DNA of 64,000 nt from Macrostomum hystrix (lineage: Eukaryota > Animalia > Platyhelminthes), in NCBI GenBank assembly GCA_950097015.1, contig CATNEN010000002.1, forward strand, positions 2,046,001 to 2,110,000. Reading direction: 5' to 3'. The position numbers were made by a program, and so were the translations under genes. This document shows, one piece after another, positions 43,221 to 56,559 of this stretch; position 1 is the first letter of the stretch, and each line of letters opens with the position of its first letter. The notes beneath the pieces are model-generated. The model had not been told where the DNA came from and searched no databases. It saw only the letters and a list, made by a program, of their open reading frames with translations.

Positions 43221-46200
43221 TCAAACAATTGCACAAGAGCAGCATGGACTGGCAGGCGAGGACTTATTGGGGCCAGAAAACTGCTGCTGCTGCTGCTGCT
43301 GTTGTTGCGGTACGAACGAGAAACTCGGGGGCAGCTCAAAGCTCTGACCGTCCATGATGAGCCTAAAAATGTTGTCAAAAAGAACCATAGATAATAGACA
43401 CAATAGTTCCTGTTCTACACTGTCCAGTTCCTGTTCTACACAGTCCAGTTCCCGTTCTACACTGTCCAGATCCCGTTCTACACTGTCCAGTTCCCGTTCT
43501 ACACTATCCAGTTCCCGTTCTACACTGTCCAGTTCCTGTTCCACACTATCCAGTTCCCGTTCTACACTGTCCAGTTCCTGTTCTACACTATCCAGTTCCC
43601 GTTCTACACTGTCCAGTTCCTGTTCCACACTATCCAGTTCCCGTTCTACACTGTCCAGTTCCTGTTCCACACTATCCAGTTCCCGTTCTACACTGTCCAG
43701 TTCCTGTTCCACACTATCCAGTTCCCGTTCTACACTGTCCAGTTCCTGTTCTACACTATCCAGTTCCCGTTCTACACTGTCCAGTTCCTGTTCCACACTA
43801 TCCAGTTCCCGTTCTACACTGTCCAGTTCCTGTTCTACACTATCCAGTTCCCGTTCTACACTGTCCAGTTCCTGTTCCACACTATCCAGTTCCCGTTCTA
43901 CACTGTCCAGTTCCTGTTCCACACTATCCAGTTCCCGTTCTACACTGTCCAGTTCCTGTTCCACACTATCCAGTTCCCGTTCTACACTGTCCAGTTCCTG
44001 TTCCACACTATCCAGTTCCCGTTCTACACTGTCAAGTTCCTGTTCTACACTATCCAGTTCCCGTTCTACACTGTCCAGTTCCTGTTCCACACTATCCAGT
44101 TCCCGCTCTACACTGTCCAGTTCCTGTTCCACACTATCCAGTTCCCGTTCTACACTGTCCAGTTCCTGTTCCACACTATCCAGTTCCCGTTCTACACTGT
44201 CCAGTTCCTGTTCTACACTATCCAGTTCCCGTTCTACACTGTCCAGTTCCTGTTCTACACTATCCAGTTCCCGTTCTACACTGTCCAGTTCCTGTTCTAC
44301 ACTATCCAGTTCCCGTTCTACACTGTCCAGTTCCTGTTCTACACTATCCAGTTCCCGTTCTACACTGTCCAGTTCCTGTTCCACACTATCCAGTTCCCGT
44401 TCTACACTATCCAGTTCCCGCTCTACACAGTCCAGTTCCTGTTCTACACAGTCCTGTTCTACACCACACATACCTGATAGCGGTGAGTCTGTACCGGCCA
44501 TTGTAAGCAAGCACAGGCTGGAAAGTGATCTCAGTGTTGATGGACTGAGCAGTGGGATCCACGTACAAGTTGACTGTCTCGGCGGTAACAACGCGACAAT
44601 CTGAAGTAAATGAAATTGGAAATACTAAAATTTGCTTAGCGCTGCTCATGTGCTCAGCAGAGGATGATACTCACTGGATTTGAGCACGCCATTCATCAAG
44701 CGCTGCATGAAGCTGTCCAGTCGTTCAAAATTTCTCACAGAGATTCTGTCTGGCACAAAGAGCTTGGTGGTGATGAAGCCAGAGTGAGTTGGCAGGCCGC
44801 AGGACAAGTTGACGGTGTCCGGGGATTTGACGTAGGCCACCTGTTGATGTGGGAGACTGTTTTGTAGTTCACAGACCTGACACCCAAAAATCTGGAGATT
44901 TATCCCGACATCTTGCCTGGCATATTTGTCTCTAAAAACGGCGTCAACATGCCAAAACTCACCCTGACGCAGGTGTGCTCACGAAACGGCATGGAGGCGG
45001 GCAAGAACTCGTAGGACATGTTGCCGTCGAGGACATTCAAAGGGCTGACAGTGACGCCGGGTCCCAGTTGCTGATCCTGCTCAGACTGCTCACGCTGGCT
45101 CATCATGGCAATCTGCACCGGGTTCATCATGAAGTCTGCGGGGATAAAACTTGTGGGATAATTCATAGGATACAACAGATAGGATAAAATGTGATAAAAT
45201 AGCCAACTCACCGCAAGTAGTGATGTGAAAAGTTTGCAAATCAGTGACCAAAACGCCAGTTAGACTCGTGGCGAATTTCAGAGCCCGGCCCAACACAGAC
45301 TGATAATCTTCGTAGCGAGTTGGTGCCTGCATTAGGCCAGGCCTGTGACTGGGGTGAACATTCGGCACAAACACCTGCGTGGGGTGCGGTTTTATGAGGA
45401 TACAATTCATGTGTTTGTGGACATGATAAACATGTCTCTGGACAAGATTGGAATGTCCGTCGATATGATCAGGGTGTCGGTGGGTTATAAAATAGATGTC
45501 TGTGGACATTATAAAGAAGTCTGTAGACATAGTTAAATAAAATCTATGGAGATGAAATAGACATCTGCAACTATGACAGGTATAAAAACTGTGTGATGAT
45601 TGGGCTATGCACTTTTAATACATCATTAAATGCCCGTACGGTTCCTTTCTCGACCGACTAAAGAGGAGTCTTACTTGCAAGTACTGACACAGTCAGGTAC
45701 TGACACAGTCAGGTACTGACACAGTCAGGTACTGACACAGTCAGGTACTGACACAGTCAGGTACTGACACAGCCAGGTACTGACACAGTAAGGTACTGAC
45801 ACAGTCAGGTACTGACACAGTCAGGTACTGACACAGTCAGGTACTGACACAGTCAGGTACTGACACAGTCAGGTACTGACACAGTCAGGTACTGACACAG
45901 TCAGGTACTGACACAGTCAGGTACTGACACAGTCAGGTACTGACACAGTCAGGTACTGACACAGTCAGGTACTGACACAGCCAGGTACTGACACAGTCAG
46001 GTACTGACACAGCCAGGTACTGACACAGTCAGGTACTGACAGCCAGGTACTGACACAGTCAGGTACTGACACAGTCAGGTACTGACACAGTCAGGTACTG
46101 ACACAGTCAGGTACTGACACAGTCAGGTACTGACACAGTCAGGTACTGACACAGTCAGGTACTGACACAGCCAGGTACTGACACAGTCAGGTACTGACAG

Positions 46201-48881
46201 CCAGGTACTGACACAGTCAGGTACTGACACAGTCAGGTACTGACACAGTCAGGTACTGACACAGTCAGGTACTGACACAGTCAGGTACTGACAGTACTGA
46301 CAGGTGCTGACACAGACAGGTACTGACAGCATCTCACCTCAACGCCAATCTCCTGCGGAGTGACAGGTTGTCCAACCACATAGAACAGGCGATAATAAAA
46401 CAGCCGCATGCGGTTAACATCGGCCAGATGCCACTGACTAGTAGCGTCAAGATCGAAGGATTTCTGATTGACGGAGCACCTTAGCAGCAGGGTTTGAATG
46501 CCGCAGATTTTACCAGGTGGCGGGTTGTCAGCCAGCCAGCTGTTTAGTCGAGGCAGAAAATCTGACAGAGTTTCAACAAACGGCACGGAACACTCCGGCC
46601 CAGTGGCGTTGGTTGCGCCGTAGTTGTCGAAACCAACTTGCATGCCAGCCTGGGCTCGAATCCTATGCCTGTTTGGCATGCGAACTGTTCGCTGTTCAAT
46701 CTTTGGCATGACGTTCATGTACCACAGCTGAATTGGTTCAACCTCGCGCAGGCTGTCCCGGGGTTCCTGGCGACACCAAAGACGCAGGCCGGTGACGAAG
46801 GGTCGAATAAGATGACCCGGTTCGTGCTGAACCGCCGCATCCGACTGAGGCTCGCCTTGAATGCTGGACACTCGCTCGATGCATTCGCAGCGAATCAGCG
46901 ATGCGATTCCGCGGTTGCTAGCCAACCAGCTGTTTGCTGCAGACACCACCGTGCTGTGTTTTTAGTTTTGAGAATAGTGAAATTAATTTGCGAATCCGTA
47001 AATTGATTTCAGAATCCCAAAACTGATTTTCAGATTCCTAAAATTGATTTCAGAATCCTAAAATTGGTTTCAGAATTCTAAAACTGATTTTCAGAATCCT
47101 AAAATTGATTTCAGAATCCTAAAATTGATTTTAAAATCCTAAATTTGGTTTCAGAGTCCTAAAACTGATTTCAGAATCCTAAAATTGATTTAGGAATCCT
47201 ACATTTGATTTTAAAATCCTAAATTTGGTTTCAGAATCCTAAAATTGATTTCAGAATCCTAAAATTGATTTCAGAATCCTAAAATTGATTTCAGAATCCT
47301 AAAATTGGTTTCAGAATCCTAAAATTGGTTTTAGAATCCTAAAATTGATTTCAGAATCCTAAATTTGGTTTCAGAATCTTAAAATTGATTTCAGAATCCT
47401 AAAATTGATTTCAGAATCCTAAAATTGATTTCAGAATCCTAAAATTGGTTTCAGAATCCTAAATTTGATTTCAGAATCCTAAAATTGGATTTAGAATCCT
47501 AAAATTGGTTTTAGAATCCTAAATTTGGTTTCAGAATCCTAAAATTGATTTCAGAATCCTAAAATTGATTTAGAAATCCTAAAATTGATTTCAAAATCTT
47601 AAATTTGGTTTCAGAATCCTAAAATTGATTTCAGAATCCTAAAATTGATTTCAGAATCCTAAAATTGATTTCAGAATCCTAAAATTGGTTTTAGAATCCT
47701 AAATTTGGTTTCAGAATCCTAAAATTGATTTCAGAATCCTAAAATTGATTTAGAAATCCTAAAATTGATTTCAAAATCTTAAATTTGGTTTCAGAATCCT
47801 AAAATTGATTTCAAAATCTTAAATTTGGTTTCAGAATCCTAAAATTGATTTCAGAATCCTAAAATTGATTTCAGAATCCTAAAATTGATTTCAGAATCCT
47901 AAAATTGGTTTCAGAATCCTAAAATTGGTTTTAGAATCCTAAAATTGGTTTCAGAATCCTAAAATGTATTTCAGAATCCTAAAATTGGTTTCAGAATCCT
48001 AAAATGGTTTTAGAATCCTAAAATTGGTTTCAGAATACTAAAATATAATTTAGAATCCCAAAAGTGGATCCCCGAATCGTCTCATTCGGCTCACTTAAAC
48101 GGCAGAAACTGCGGGCACTTTCGATTCTGCTGATCGCCAGGCGCCACGCAGGCAGGAAAAAAGTCCACAGCAATCAGCTGCTGCTCCTGACGCTGCATCG
48201 GCTGGCCTGACTCGGCTGAGCCTCCCGGAAATGCGTGCAGCGGGCCTGTTGGCTGGCACATCATTGGCGGCGGGCAGGCGGCGGCATCGTCGTTGGCGTA
48301 GGAGGGCAGCTGGTACAGGTCGGCGTCTGGATGATTAAGTAAAAACTAATAAAGTACATATAAAATTAAAGGTAAGTGTAGCTCTAAATAATACTTACAA
48401 AAAGCCATTCGCCGACATGTACTATGAGAGAATAGTTTTAAAACTTTTTGACGATTTAACTATACGATAAATCATCTCCCACGCACTCTAAAACACACCC
48501 GCCCACGCACTCTAAAACACACCCGCCCACGCACTCTAAAACACACCCGCCCACGCACTCTAAAACACACCCGCCCACGTACTCTAAAACACACCTGCCC
48601 ACGCACTCTGAAGCACACCCGCCCACGCACTCTTAAACACACCCGCCCACGCACTCTAAAACACACCTGCCCACGCACTCTAAAACACACCCGCCCACGC
48701 ACTCTAAAACACACCCGCCCACGCAATCTAAAGCTACACTCGAGAATGCACAAAAAGCCTCCTTTTCGCATGCTAAATCTAATTTTTGTGTTCAAGTCTC
48801 ACCGCGAATGGCATCGTAGTAACCGGGCGGCAAGTTGAAACCGGGTTCCTGACTGAAATCCGGCTCCTGTTTATCTGACAT
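43221..48881 (-). CDS. Uncharacterised protein A: N-terminal PPxY/LPxY motifs, four internal modules, C-terminal CCSCAIV (CaaX); 8 exons, 565 aa
   Basis: Exons 48881-48803, 48326-48095, 46953-46338, 45374-45212, 45135-44963, 44840-44675, 44600-44474, 43362-43221, all GT-AG and phase-compatible; total 1698 nt. Starts MSDKQEPDFSQEPGFNLPPGYY, ends SPCCSCAIV*; exon-by-exon paralog next door. Confidence 0.8.
43405..44460. repeat. 21-bp (42-bp higher-order) minisatellite, last intron of paralog A
   Basis: ccagttcctgttctacactgt and ccagttcccgttctacactat units alternate. Confidence 0.95.
45680..46320. repeat. 16-bp minisatellite, intron 3 of paralog A
   Basis: gtactgacacagtcag, about 40 copies. Confidence 0.95.
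46995..48060. repeat. 20-bp minisatellite, intron 2 of paralog A
   Basis: ttcagaatcctaaaattgat units. Confidence 0.95.
48475..48735. repeat. 24-bp minisatellite, intron 1 of paralog A
   Basis: cgcccacgcactctaaaacacacc units; related array at 54865-55335. Confidence 0.9.
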
Positions 48882-49254
48882 CCTTATTGTCTTCTTTTCA
48901 ACAACAGTGCTGAAATGCGTTATTTCAACTATTTCCAAATGGGCCATAGCATTTTGATTATTTTTATTTGAAATCAAACTTTTAGAACAATGCTTTAAAC
49001 ACTAAATCGTATATTTATTAACTAACCAACATAGCTGAAAGGGAACAAATCAAACGCGATTATTTTGTAAAAGCAAGATTGGCTGCTTGAAGCATATTTT
49101 GTATATTAGTTTAAAACATTCTTCACATGATAACCTTAACAAACGTTCAAGAATATTTAACAGCTGAAAGAATGGCGCTATAAAGCTGTCCTTATGTTTC
49201 TAAATGTGATAAAAAGCAAAAAATGATATTAAGCTGTGTTTAACTGGGGTGGCT

Positions 49255-49470
49255 ATATGTACATTGACACCCACCTCGCGCCTCTTACAAATACTTATCT
49301 TGCGCTTATATGGGGAGGATGTATGTACATTGACACCCACCTCACGCCTTCTTACAAATACTTATCTTGCGCTTATATGGGGAGGATGTATGTACATTGA
49401 CACCCACCTCACGCCTTATAACAAATGACTATCTTGAGTTTATCTGGGAAGGCCAAATGTACATTGACAT
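49255..49470. repeat. 66-67-bp tandem repeat downstream of paralog B
   Basis: tgtacattgacacccacctcacgcctt...ggaggatgta, about 3-4 copies. Confidence 0.8.
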
Positions 49471-50019
49471 CCTCACGCCTTCTAACAATGATTTACTATC
49501 AACATCTCTCTGACGAAATACGACCCTGGAATGTACAATTGGAAAAAGTCCTAATAAAATAGTAATATCAATTCTAAGAAAAAAGTTAAAGTGAATATAT
49601 CACATGGCTGCGTTGCAATTGTAAGGCCGACTAAAATAATAAAGAAATCTGCTTTAACCACAAAAGTGGAAAGCTAAAAAATCTAAACGACGAATCGCAC
49701 AGTAGACAAATATTGCACACTTACGACCATTTTGGATAAAATTTCGGTTCTTTTAGAAGAAAAGCGAATACAAAAAATACAGGACAACAAAAAACGATAG
49801 CTGAACTATATGGAGTCTAAAGTGAGGCAACAAAAATGTAATATAAATATTTAATAAAAAGGCTTCTTTTGCTGAACATTTCTGCAAGCCGCCCGTTCAC
49901 AGGATTTCACACAAGGAGGATTACGCAGCGCCTCCTTGGACAGATGTGAAACTCGGCGTTAGGTCGCAGCCAGGACCGTCAAATATTACCCTGAGTGGAG
50001 GAAAGGTTGAGCAGACTAT

Positions 50020-51065
50020 GTTGCCAGTTGCTGTTCTATATAGTCCAGTTGCTGTTCTATATAGTCCAGTTGCTGTTCTATATAGTCCAGTTGCTGTTCT
50101 ATATAGTCCAGTTCCTGTTCTACACAGTCCAGTTCCTGTTCTACACAGTCCAGTTCCTGTTCTATACAGTCCAGTTCCTGTTCTACACAGTCCAGTTCCT
50201 GTTCTACACAGTCCAGTTCCTGTTCTATACAGTCCTGTTCCTGTTCTACACAGTCCAGTTCCTGTTCTACACAGTCCAGTTCCTGTTCTACACAGTCCAG
50301 TTCCTGTTCTACACTGTCCAGTTCCTGTTCTATACAGTCCAGTTCCTGTTCTACACAGTCCAGTTCCTGTTCTACACAGTCCAGTTCCTGTTCTACACAG
50401 TCCAGTTCCTGTTCTACACAGTCCAGTTCCTGTTCTACACAGTCCAGTTCCTGTTCTACACAGTCCAGTTCCTGTTCTACACAGTCCAGTTCCTGTTCTA
50501 CACAGTCCAGTTCCTGTTCTACACAGTCCTGTTCCTGTTCTACACAGTCCAGTTCCTGTTCTACACAGTCCAGTTCCTGTTCTACACAGTCCAGTTCCTG
50601 TTCTACACTGTCCAGTTCCTGTTCTACACAGTCCAGTTCCTGTTCTACACAGTCCAGTTCCTGTTCTACACAGTCCTGTTCCTGTTCTATACAGTCCAGT
50701 TCCTGTTCTACACAGTCCTGTTCCTGTTCTACACAGTCCAGTTCCTGTTCTATACAGTCCAGTTCCTGTTCTATACAGTCCAGTTCCTGTTCTACACAGT
50801 CCAGTTCCTGTTCTACACAGTCCAGTTCCTGTTCTACACAGTCCAGTTCCTGTTCTACACAGTCCAGTTCCTGTTCTACACAGTCCAGTTCCTGTTCTAC
50901 ACAGTCCAGTTCCTGTTCTACACAGTCCTGTTCCTGTTCGACACAGTCCAGTTCTATACAGTCCAGTTCCTGTTCTACACAGTCCAGTTCCTGTTCTACA
51001 CAGTCCAGTTCCTGTTCTACACAGTCCTGTTCTACACAGTCCTGTTCCTGTTCTACACAGTCCAG
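50020..51065. repeat. 21-bp minisatellite, last intron of paralog B
   Basis: ccagttcctgttctacacagt units; same family as 43405-44460. Confidence 0.95.
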
Positions 51066-52419
51066 TTACTTCACAGTCCAATACTGACCTGACAATGGTG
51101 ACTCGGTAACGCCCAGACGGGGCATTTACACAAAAAAGTGTTCTCTGTGTTCACTTCGCGAGCTAGAAGATTAGCATAGAAGTTGACTGTTTCGGCAGTG
51201 ACAACTCGACAATCTGAATGGATATAATTGGGGGGTGGGGTGGGTGATTATTGGTGACGGTAATCATCGGGGGTGAGTGATAAATGGGGTGGGTGGTAAT
51301 TGAGGTGGGTGATAATCGAGATAGGTGATGATTGAGACGGGTGATAATTGGCGAGGGAATAGTTATAAACATTTCACTCACTAGCTTTCGCTGCCTGGTC
51401 TAGCAGTCGACTCAGAAAGCCGGTGAGTGGCTCGAAGCTGGATATTGAGTACCTGTCAGGCACAAAAACCTTGGGTACAATAGTTCCAGACAATGCCGCG
51501 AGGCCGCAGGTCCGTTGGGCCGTGTCAGGCGACTTCACGTAGGCAACCTGGGAGGCAAATAGTTGTTCGCAAATTCAGTCCACGGATTAACAGCTGTACA
51601 CATAGGATTTATCCCATTTATCCCGGTAGGACATAAAGGCCGGCAGAAACTCGTAAGACATATTGCCATCCAGCTTGTACTGCAGATTCGAACTCGTGAC
51701 GCTCGCTGGTTGGTTGCCGTCCTGCTGGGCTCCTCCGAAGAGAACAATCTGCACCGGATTCATCAGAAATCCGGCATCGTTTATTGGGACAAGTTGGGAC
51801 ACTCAAAAGGGTAATTGGGATCTTCTGGGAAAGTGGGATAAATCATTACTAGGATCTTTAAGAAAATAGGGGACAAACAGCAATTGGGATTTTTAATACA
51901 GGAGGGGATAAACAACGATTGGGATCTTCTAGACAAGTGGGGTGCGTGTTAAATGGGATCTTCCAGACCAACATGGATAAATAATAATTTTTTTAGACAA
52001 TCAGGATGCATAATGGCTGGGATATTCTAGAAAAGAATGGAAAATAATGATTGGTATATTTCAGAAAAGTGGGAGAAAAACAGGCAGAACAAACAAATTG
52101 GGGAACAGACATTTATTCCTGTGACTAACCACTGGAAATGATGCCAAAGGTCTGCACGTCGGTAACAGCAGCGCCAGTCAAACTGTTGGCAAAGTCCAGC
52201 GCCCTAGTCAGAACAGTCCGATAGTCCTCGTACCTGACTGGCGGCTGCATGGGACCGGCCCGGCTATTAGGGTGCACGTTGGGCACAAACACCTGCGCAT
52301 AGGGGGAAATTGGGACTGGGATTGTGGGGGATTGGAGAATTAACGACAGTAAGTGAGTAAATGAAGGAGAGGGCATAGGAATGGGGGGGAGGGAGAGAAG
52401 TAAGAGTAGATTGGGGAGG

Positions 52420-53400
52420 GTAGACAAGAGAGGGTAGATAAGAGAGGGTAGATAGGAGATGGTAGATAGGAGAGTGTAGACTGGGGAGGGTAGATAGAAG
52501 AGGGTAGATAGCAGAGACCGAGAGGGTAGATATGAGAGGGTAGATAGGAGAGTGTAGACTGGGGAGGGTAGATAGAAGAGGGTAGATAGCAGAGACCGAG
52601 AGGGTAGATATGAGAGGGTAGATAGGAGAGGGTAGATATGAGAGGATAGATTAATTACTGTCTAAGGGTAGATAGGAGAAGGTAGATAGGAGAGGGTAGA
52701 CTGGGGAAGGTAGATAGAAGAGGGTAGATAGCAGAGGGTAGATAGCAGAGGGTAGATAGGAGAGGGTAGATATGAGAGGGTAGATAGGAGAGGGTAGAAG
52801 ATATAAGAGGGTAGGTAGGAGAGGGTAGATATGAGAGGGTAGATAGGAGAGGGTAGATATGAGAGGGTAGATAGGAGAGGGTAGAAGATATAAGAGGGTA
52901 GGTAGGAGAGGGTAGATAGGAGAGGGTAGATAGGAGAGGGTAGATAGGAGAGGGTAGACTGGGAAGGGTAGATAGAAGAGGGTAGATAGCAGAGGGTAGA
53001 TAGGAGAGGATAGATAGGAGAGGGTAGATATAAGAGGGTAGGTAGGAGAGGGTAGATAGGAGAGGGTAGATAGGAGGGTAGATAGGAGCGGGTAGATAGG
53101 AGAGGATAGATAGGAGAGGGTAGATTGGAGAGGATAGATAGCAGAGGGTAGATAGCAGAGGGTAGATAGCAGAGGGTAGATAGGAGAGGGTAGATAGGAG
53201 AGGGTAGATTGGGGAGGGTAGATAAAAGAGGGTAGATAGCAGAGGGTAGATAGCAGAGGGTATATAGGAGAGGGTAGATAGGAGAGGGTAGATTGGGGAG
53301 GGTAGATAAAAGAGGGTAGATAGGAGAGTGTAGATTGGGGAGGGTATATAGGAGGGTAGATTGGGGAGGGTAGATAAGAGAGGGTGGATAGCAGAGGGCA
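52420..53400. repeat. About 15-bp purine-rich minisatellite, intron of paralog B
   Basis: gagagggtagatagg units. Confidence 0.9.
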
Positions 53401-54189
53401 GACACAGACTCACCTCCACGCCAACCTCCTGCGGAGTGACAGGTTGGCCAAGTACATAAAACAGTCGGTAATAGAACAATCGCATTCTGGTGACATTGGG
53501 CATGTGCCATTGTCCTGTAGAGTCCACATCAAATTTTCTTTGATCCAGGGCGCACCTCATCAGAAGGGGTTTGAATGCCGCAGATTTTACCAGGTGGCGG
53601 GTTGTCAGCCAGCCAGCTGTTTAGTCGGGGCTGTTTAACTGGGAAAACGAAAGATCTCTGTTCAAGCTTCAGCATGGCATTGATGTACCACAGCTGGACT
53701 GGCTCGGTAGCGACTCCGTCACCGTTAACTCCCTGACGACACCACAGACGCAGGCCGATGACGTAGGGCCGGATGAAAAGTTGAGCCTCTTGCTGAAGAG
53801 ATTCCTCAGGCAGCGGGTCGCCCCGGATGCTGGCCACGCGTTCGATGCATTCGCAACGAATCAGGGAGACGCCGCGGTTGCTAGCCAACCAGCTGTTGGC
53901 CGCCGACATCACCGTGCTGAACGGGTAGGGATAGTTTCGGGCAATTCTTTTATTTGATCGTGTACAGTTGTTCAGTCCGTGGACTAAAAATGTTGCCACA
54001 ATCATCTAACTTTCTAATTTAGCTGATTTTAAAAACAATTTTACAGTTTGCAGCGATATATTATAACAGGATGTGAATGGGATTGAGAAACCTGTCAATG
54101 GATTAGGATTTCTGTCTAGGGATTAGGATTTCCGTCTAGAAATTACGTCTAGGCATCACGTTTAGGGATCAGGAATCCCGTCCAGAAGG

Positions 54190-54410
54190 CACCAAGACCC
54201 CTGAGCCCGATTCCACGGCGAGGCCACACTTATCTGGGGCGTAGCCGTGGAAAGAAGGCTTGCAGGGATCCCAGGGAGCTCGCGAGCTTGTAGTCCGATT
54301 AACAAACTCCAAAGCGCAGTGAAAGCCTACGCTGCCTGACGACGAGAAAGTCAGGGCAGATGTAAACCAGTGTGTGTGTGTGCTCAGGAGTCAGCGGAAT
54401 GGGCAGAAGT
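54190..54410 (+). mobile_element. SINE family 2 copy
   Basis: cgattccacggcgaggccacac...gacgacgagaaagtcagggcagatgt...tgctcaggagtcagcgg is the reverse complement of 6265-6490. Confidence 0.7.
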
Positions 54411-54864
54411 AAATTTTAATCTAGTAATATTAGTATATAAGAAGCTATCGGCATAAACAAGATGGGACTCACTGAAATGGTAAAAACTGTGGACAGCGGT
54501 GAGTCTGCAGACAGCCCGGAGCTACACAGACGGGAAAGAAGTCGACGGCAGTCAGCGGCTGCTGCTGCTGATGCGGCTCCAACGGCAGCTCTGGATAGGT
54601 CCTTATAGCCAAGTCTGAACCGTCCGGCTGAGACGACGAGGGGAGCGGCGGCGGCGGCGGCGGAGGATAGAAAACTGCCGTGTCACCTGGTACATATCGA
54701 GGTATCTGAATTATGTCCGAATCTAAAAAAACAGCAGCGAAAATTTGAAATATTTTTGCTAAACTAATAGTTGAAACAAATGCAACCAAAACTACACTTG
54801 TTCATATTCAAAAATACATGCCGATCTTTAGTGAGGACACATGCCACCTGCCGCTGTAAAACAC

Positions 54865-55335
54865 AATCGCCCACGCACTACAAATATATTACTTATCCGC
54901 CCACGCACTCTAAAATCAACCCATCCGCCCACGCACTCTGAAATTAATAGCCCATACGCCCACGCACTCTAAAATCAACCCATCCGCCCACGCACTCTAA
55001 AATCAACCCATCCGCCCACGCACTCTGAAATTAATAACCCATCCGCCCACGCACTCTTAAATTAATAACCCATCCGCCCACGCACTCTGAAATTAATAAC
55101 CCATCCGCCCACGCACTGTAACATTAATTACCCATTCGCCCACGCACTGCAACATTAATTACCCACCCGCCCACGCACTGCAACATTGATTACCCATCCG
55201 CCCACGCACTATAACATTGATTACCCAACCGCCCACGCACTATAACATTGATTACCCAACCGCCCACGCACTATAACATTGATTACCCATCCGCCCACGC
55301 ACACTAAAATCAACCGACCCGCCCACGCACTCCAA
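54865..55335. repeat. About 30-bp minisatellite, presumed intron 1 of paralog B
   Basis: ccatccgcccacgcactctgaaattaataac units sharing the cgcccacgcact core with 48475-48735. Confidence 0.85.
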
Positions 55336-56269
55336 ACAGCACAATACCCAAGGCATTTTGCAGGACCTGCTGGCTGGAATTATTGTTTACAGAGGACTGA
55401 CTGATAATTGTATAATAACGCTTAAGCCTACTGTATTAGGTTCCTTAACTTAGCGAGAATGAATTTAATCGCGTTACAACATGTAAAATAAATAATTGAT
55501 TTATTATTCCTTAAAATGTATAAAAAAACTAGGGATTGCAGTCGCCTCGTAAATGAGGGGTCTAAAATAGTAGCATGGCTTTCTTTTTCATCTATGCTAC
55601 AGTAATTACATTCTATGCAATAGTTATAAAACTAAAACAATTTAGGCAGCTGTAAAAGTACATAAATTATGTTTAGTATTAAAAAATAGTTAAAGCCGAA
55701 AATGCAGACAGAATTGTTAATTAACAATAAAAATGATGCAGATTTTAGAGCACCTGACTTAATTAAAAGCAACAATAACCCTACACACTACTGATAAAGA
55801 ATGAGAGAGTAGTATATTGCGGACATGTACATAAAAAATTTTAGATAGGAAAAACGAAATGCACAAAATAAAACATTTGATAAGATTAATTTACCCCTTT
55901 GTCGTCAGTTATTCAATTGAGAATTGAGCAGAGTTGATAAAAAGACTTCGATGCTTGAAAAAACAGCTTAATCAGTGGCCAAATCTACCTAGAAACACGA
56001 CTTAGGCGGACTATAAATAAGTACTGAAATTCTGGGGATGGTGGATTATTGGGGAAACAAAATGGGACGACAAAATGGGAGACGGAACTAAAAACTGAGG
56101 AGGCGACAGACTTGAGAATAGGTCGTGGGGTTGGCTGCTACGAACAATGCGAGCCATTTATATTTTGGCATTGGACAGCGGGATTGCATAAGACGAAATG
56201 GGATTGAGGTTGGATAGTAGCTTTTCGAATTAAGCAAAGAAAGGACAATGCGTTTGAAACGGAAACTAG

Positions 56270-56510
56270 GGAAGTTGGGAGCGGAAAATGGGAAAGTACG
56301 GAGGGGTAACTGATTAAGTAGGGAGCGGAAACTGGAAGTAGGGAGCGGAAACTGTGGAAGTAGGAGAGGAAACTGTGGAAGTAGGGGCGGAAACTGGGAA
56401 AGTAGGGAGCGGAAACTGAGGAAGTAGGGAGCGGAAACTGAGGAAGAAGGGAGCGGAAACTGAGGAAGTAGGGGCGGAAAATGGGGAAGTAGGGAGCGGA
56501 AATTGGGGCA
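56270..56510. repeat. About 22-bp minisatellite in the 3' flank/UTR of the RhoGEF
   Basis: gtagggagcggaaactg(a/g)ggaa units. Confidence 0.8.
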
Positions 56511-56559
56511 GTCAATAAGCACACCGCAAGTGATGAGATCATTAAACGCCATTGCATCC

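Larger units (their letters stand above)
49921..55356 (-). pseudogene. Paralog B of protein A; two +1 frameshifts (pseudogene or assembly errors), no CaaX
   Basis: Exons 54705-54473, 53916-53414, 52292-52130, about 51795-51602, 51547-51382, 51213-51089, 49990-49921 align to exons of A; the first exon at 55356-55348 is tentative. There is an extra C in a CCCC run near 53570 and an extra T in a T6 run near 51135; ends VQGGAA*. Confidence 0.7.

Noticed and set aside
43221-44604. Long ORFs (456/416 aa) and similar ORFs at 30005-30685, 32577-33563, 37682-39846, 40403-41822, 49921-51109, 52655-53560, 61429-62143
   Set aside because: These are translations of stop-free minisatellites lying inside introns or spacers; the real exons are bounded by GT-AG sites.
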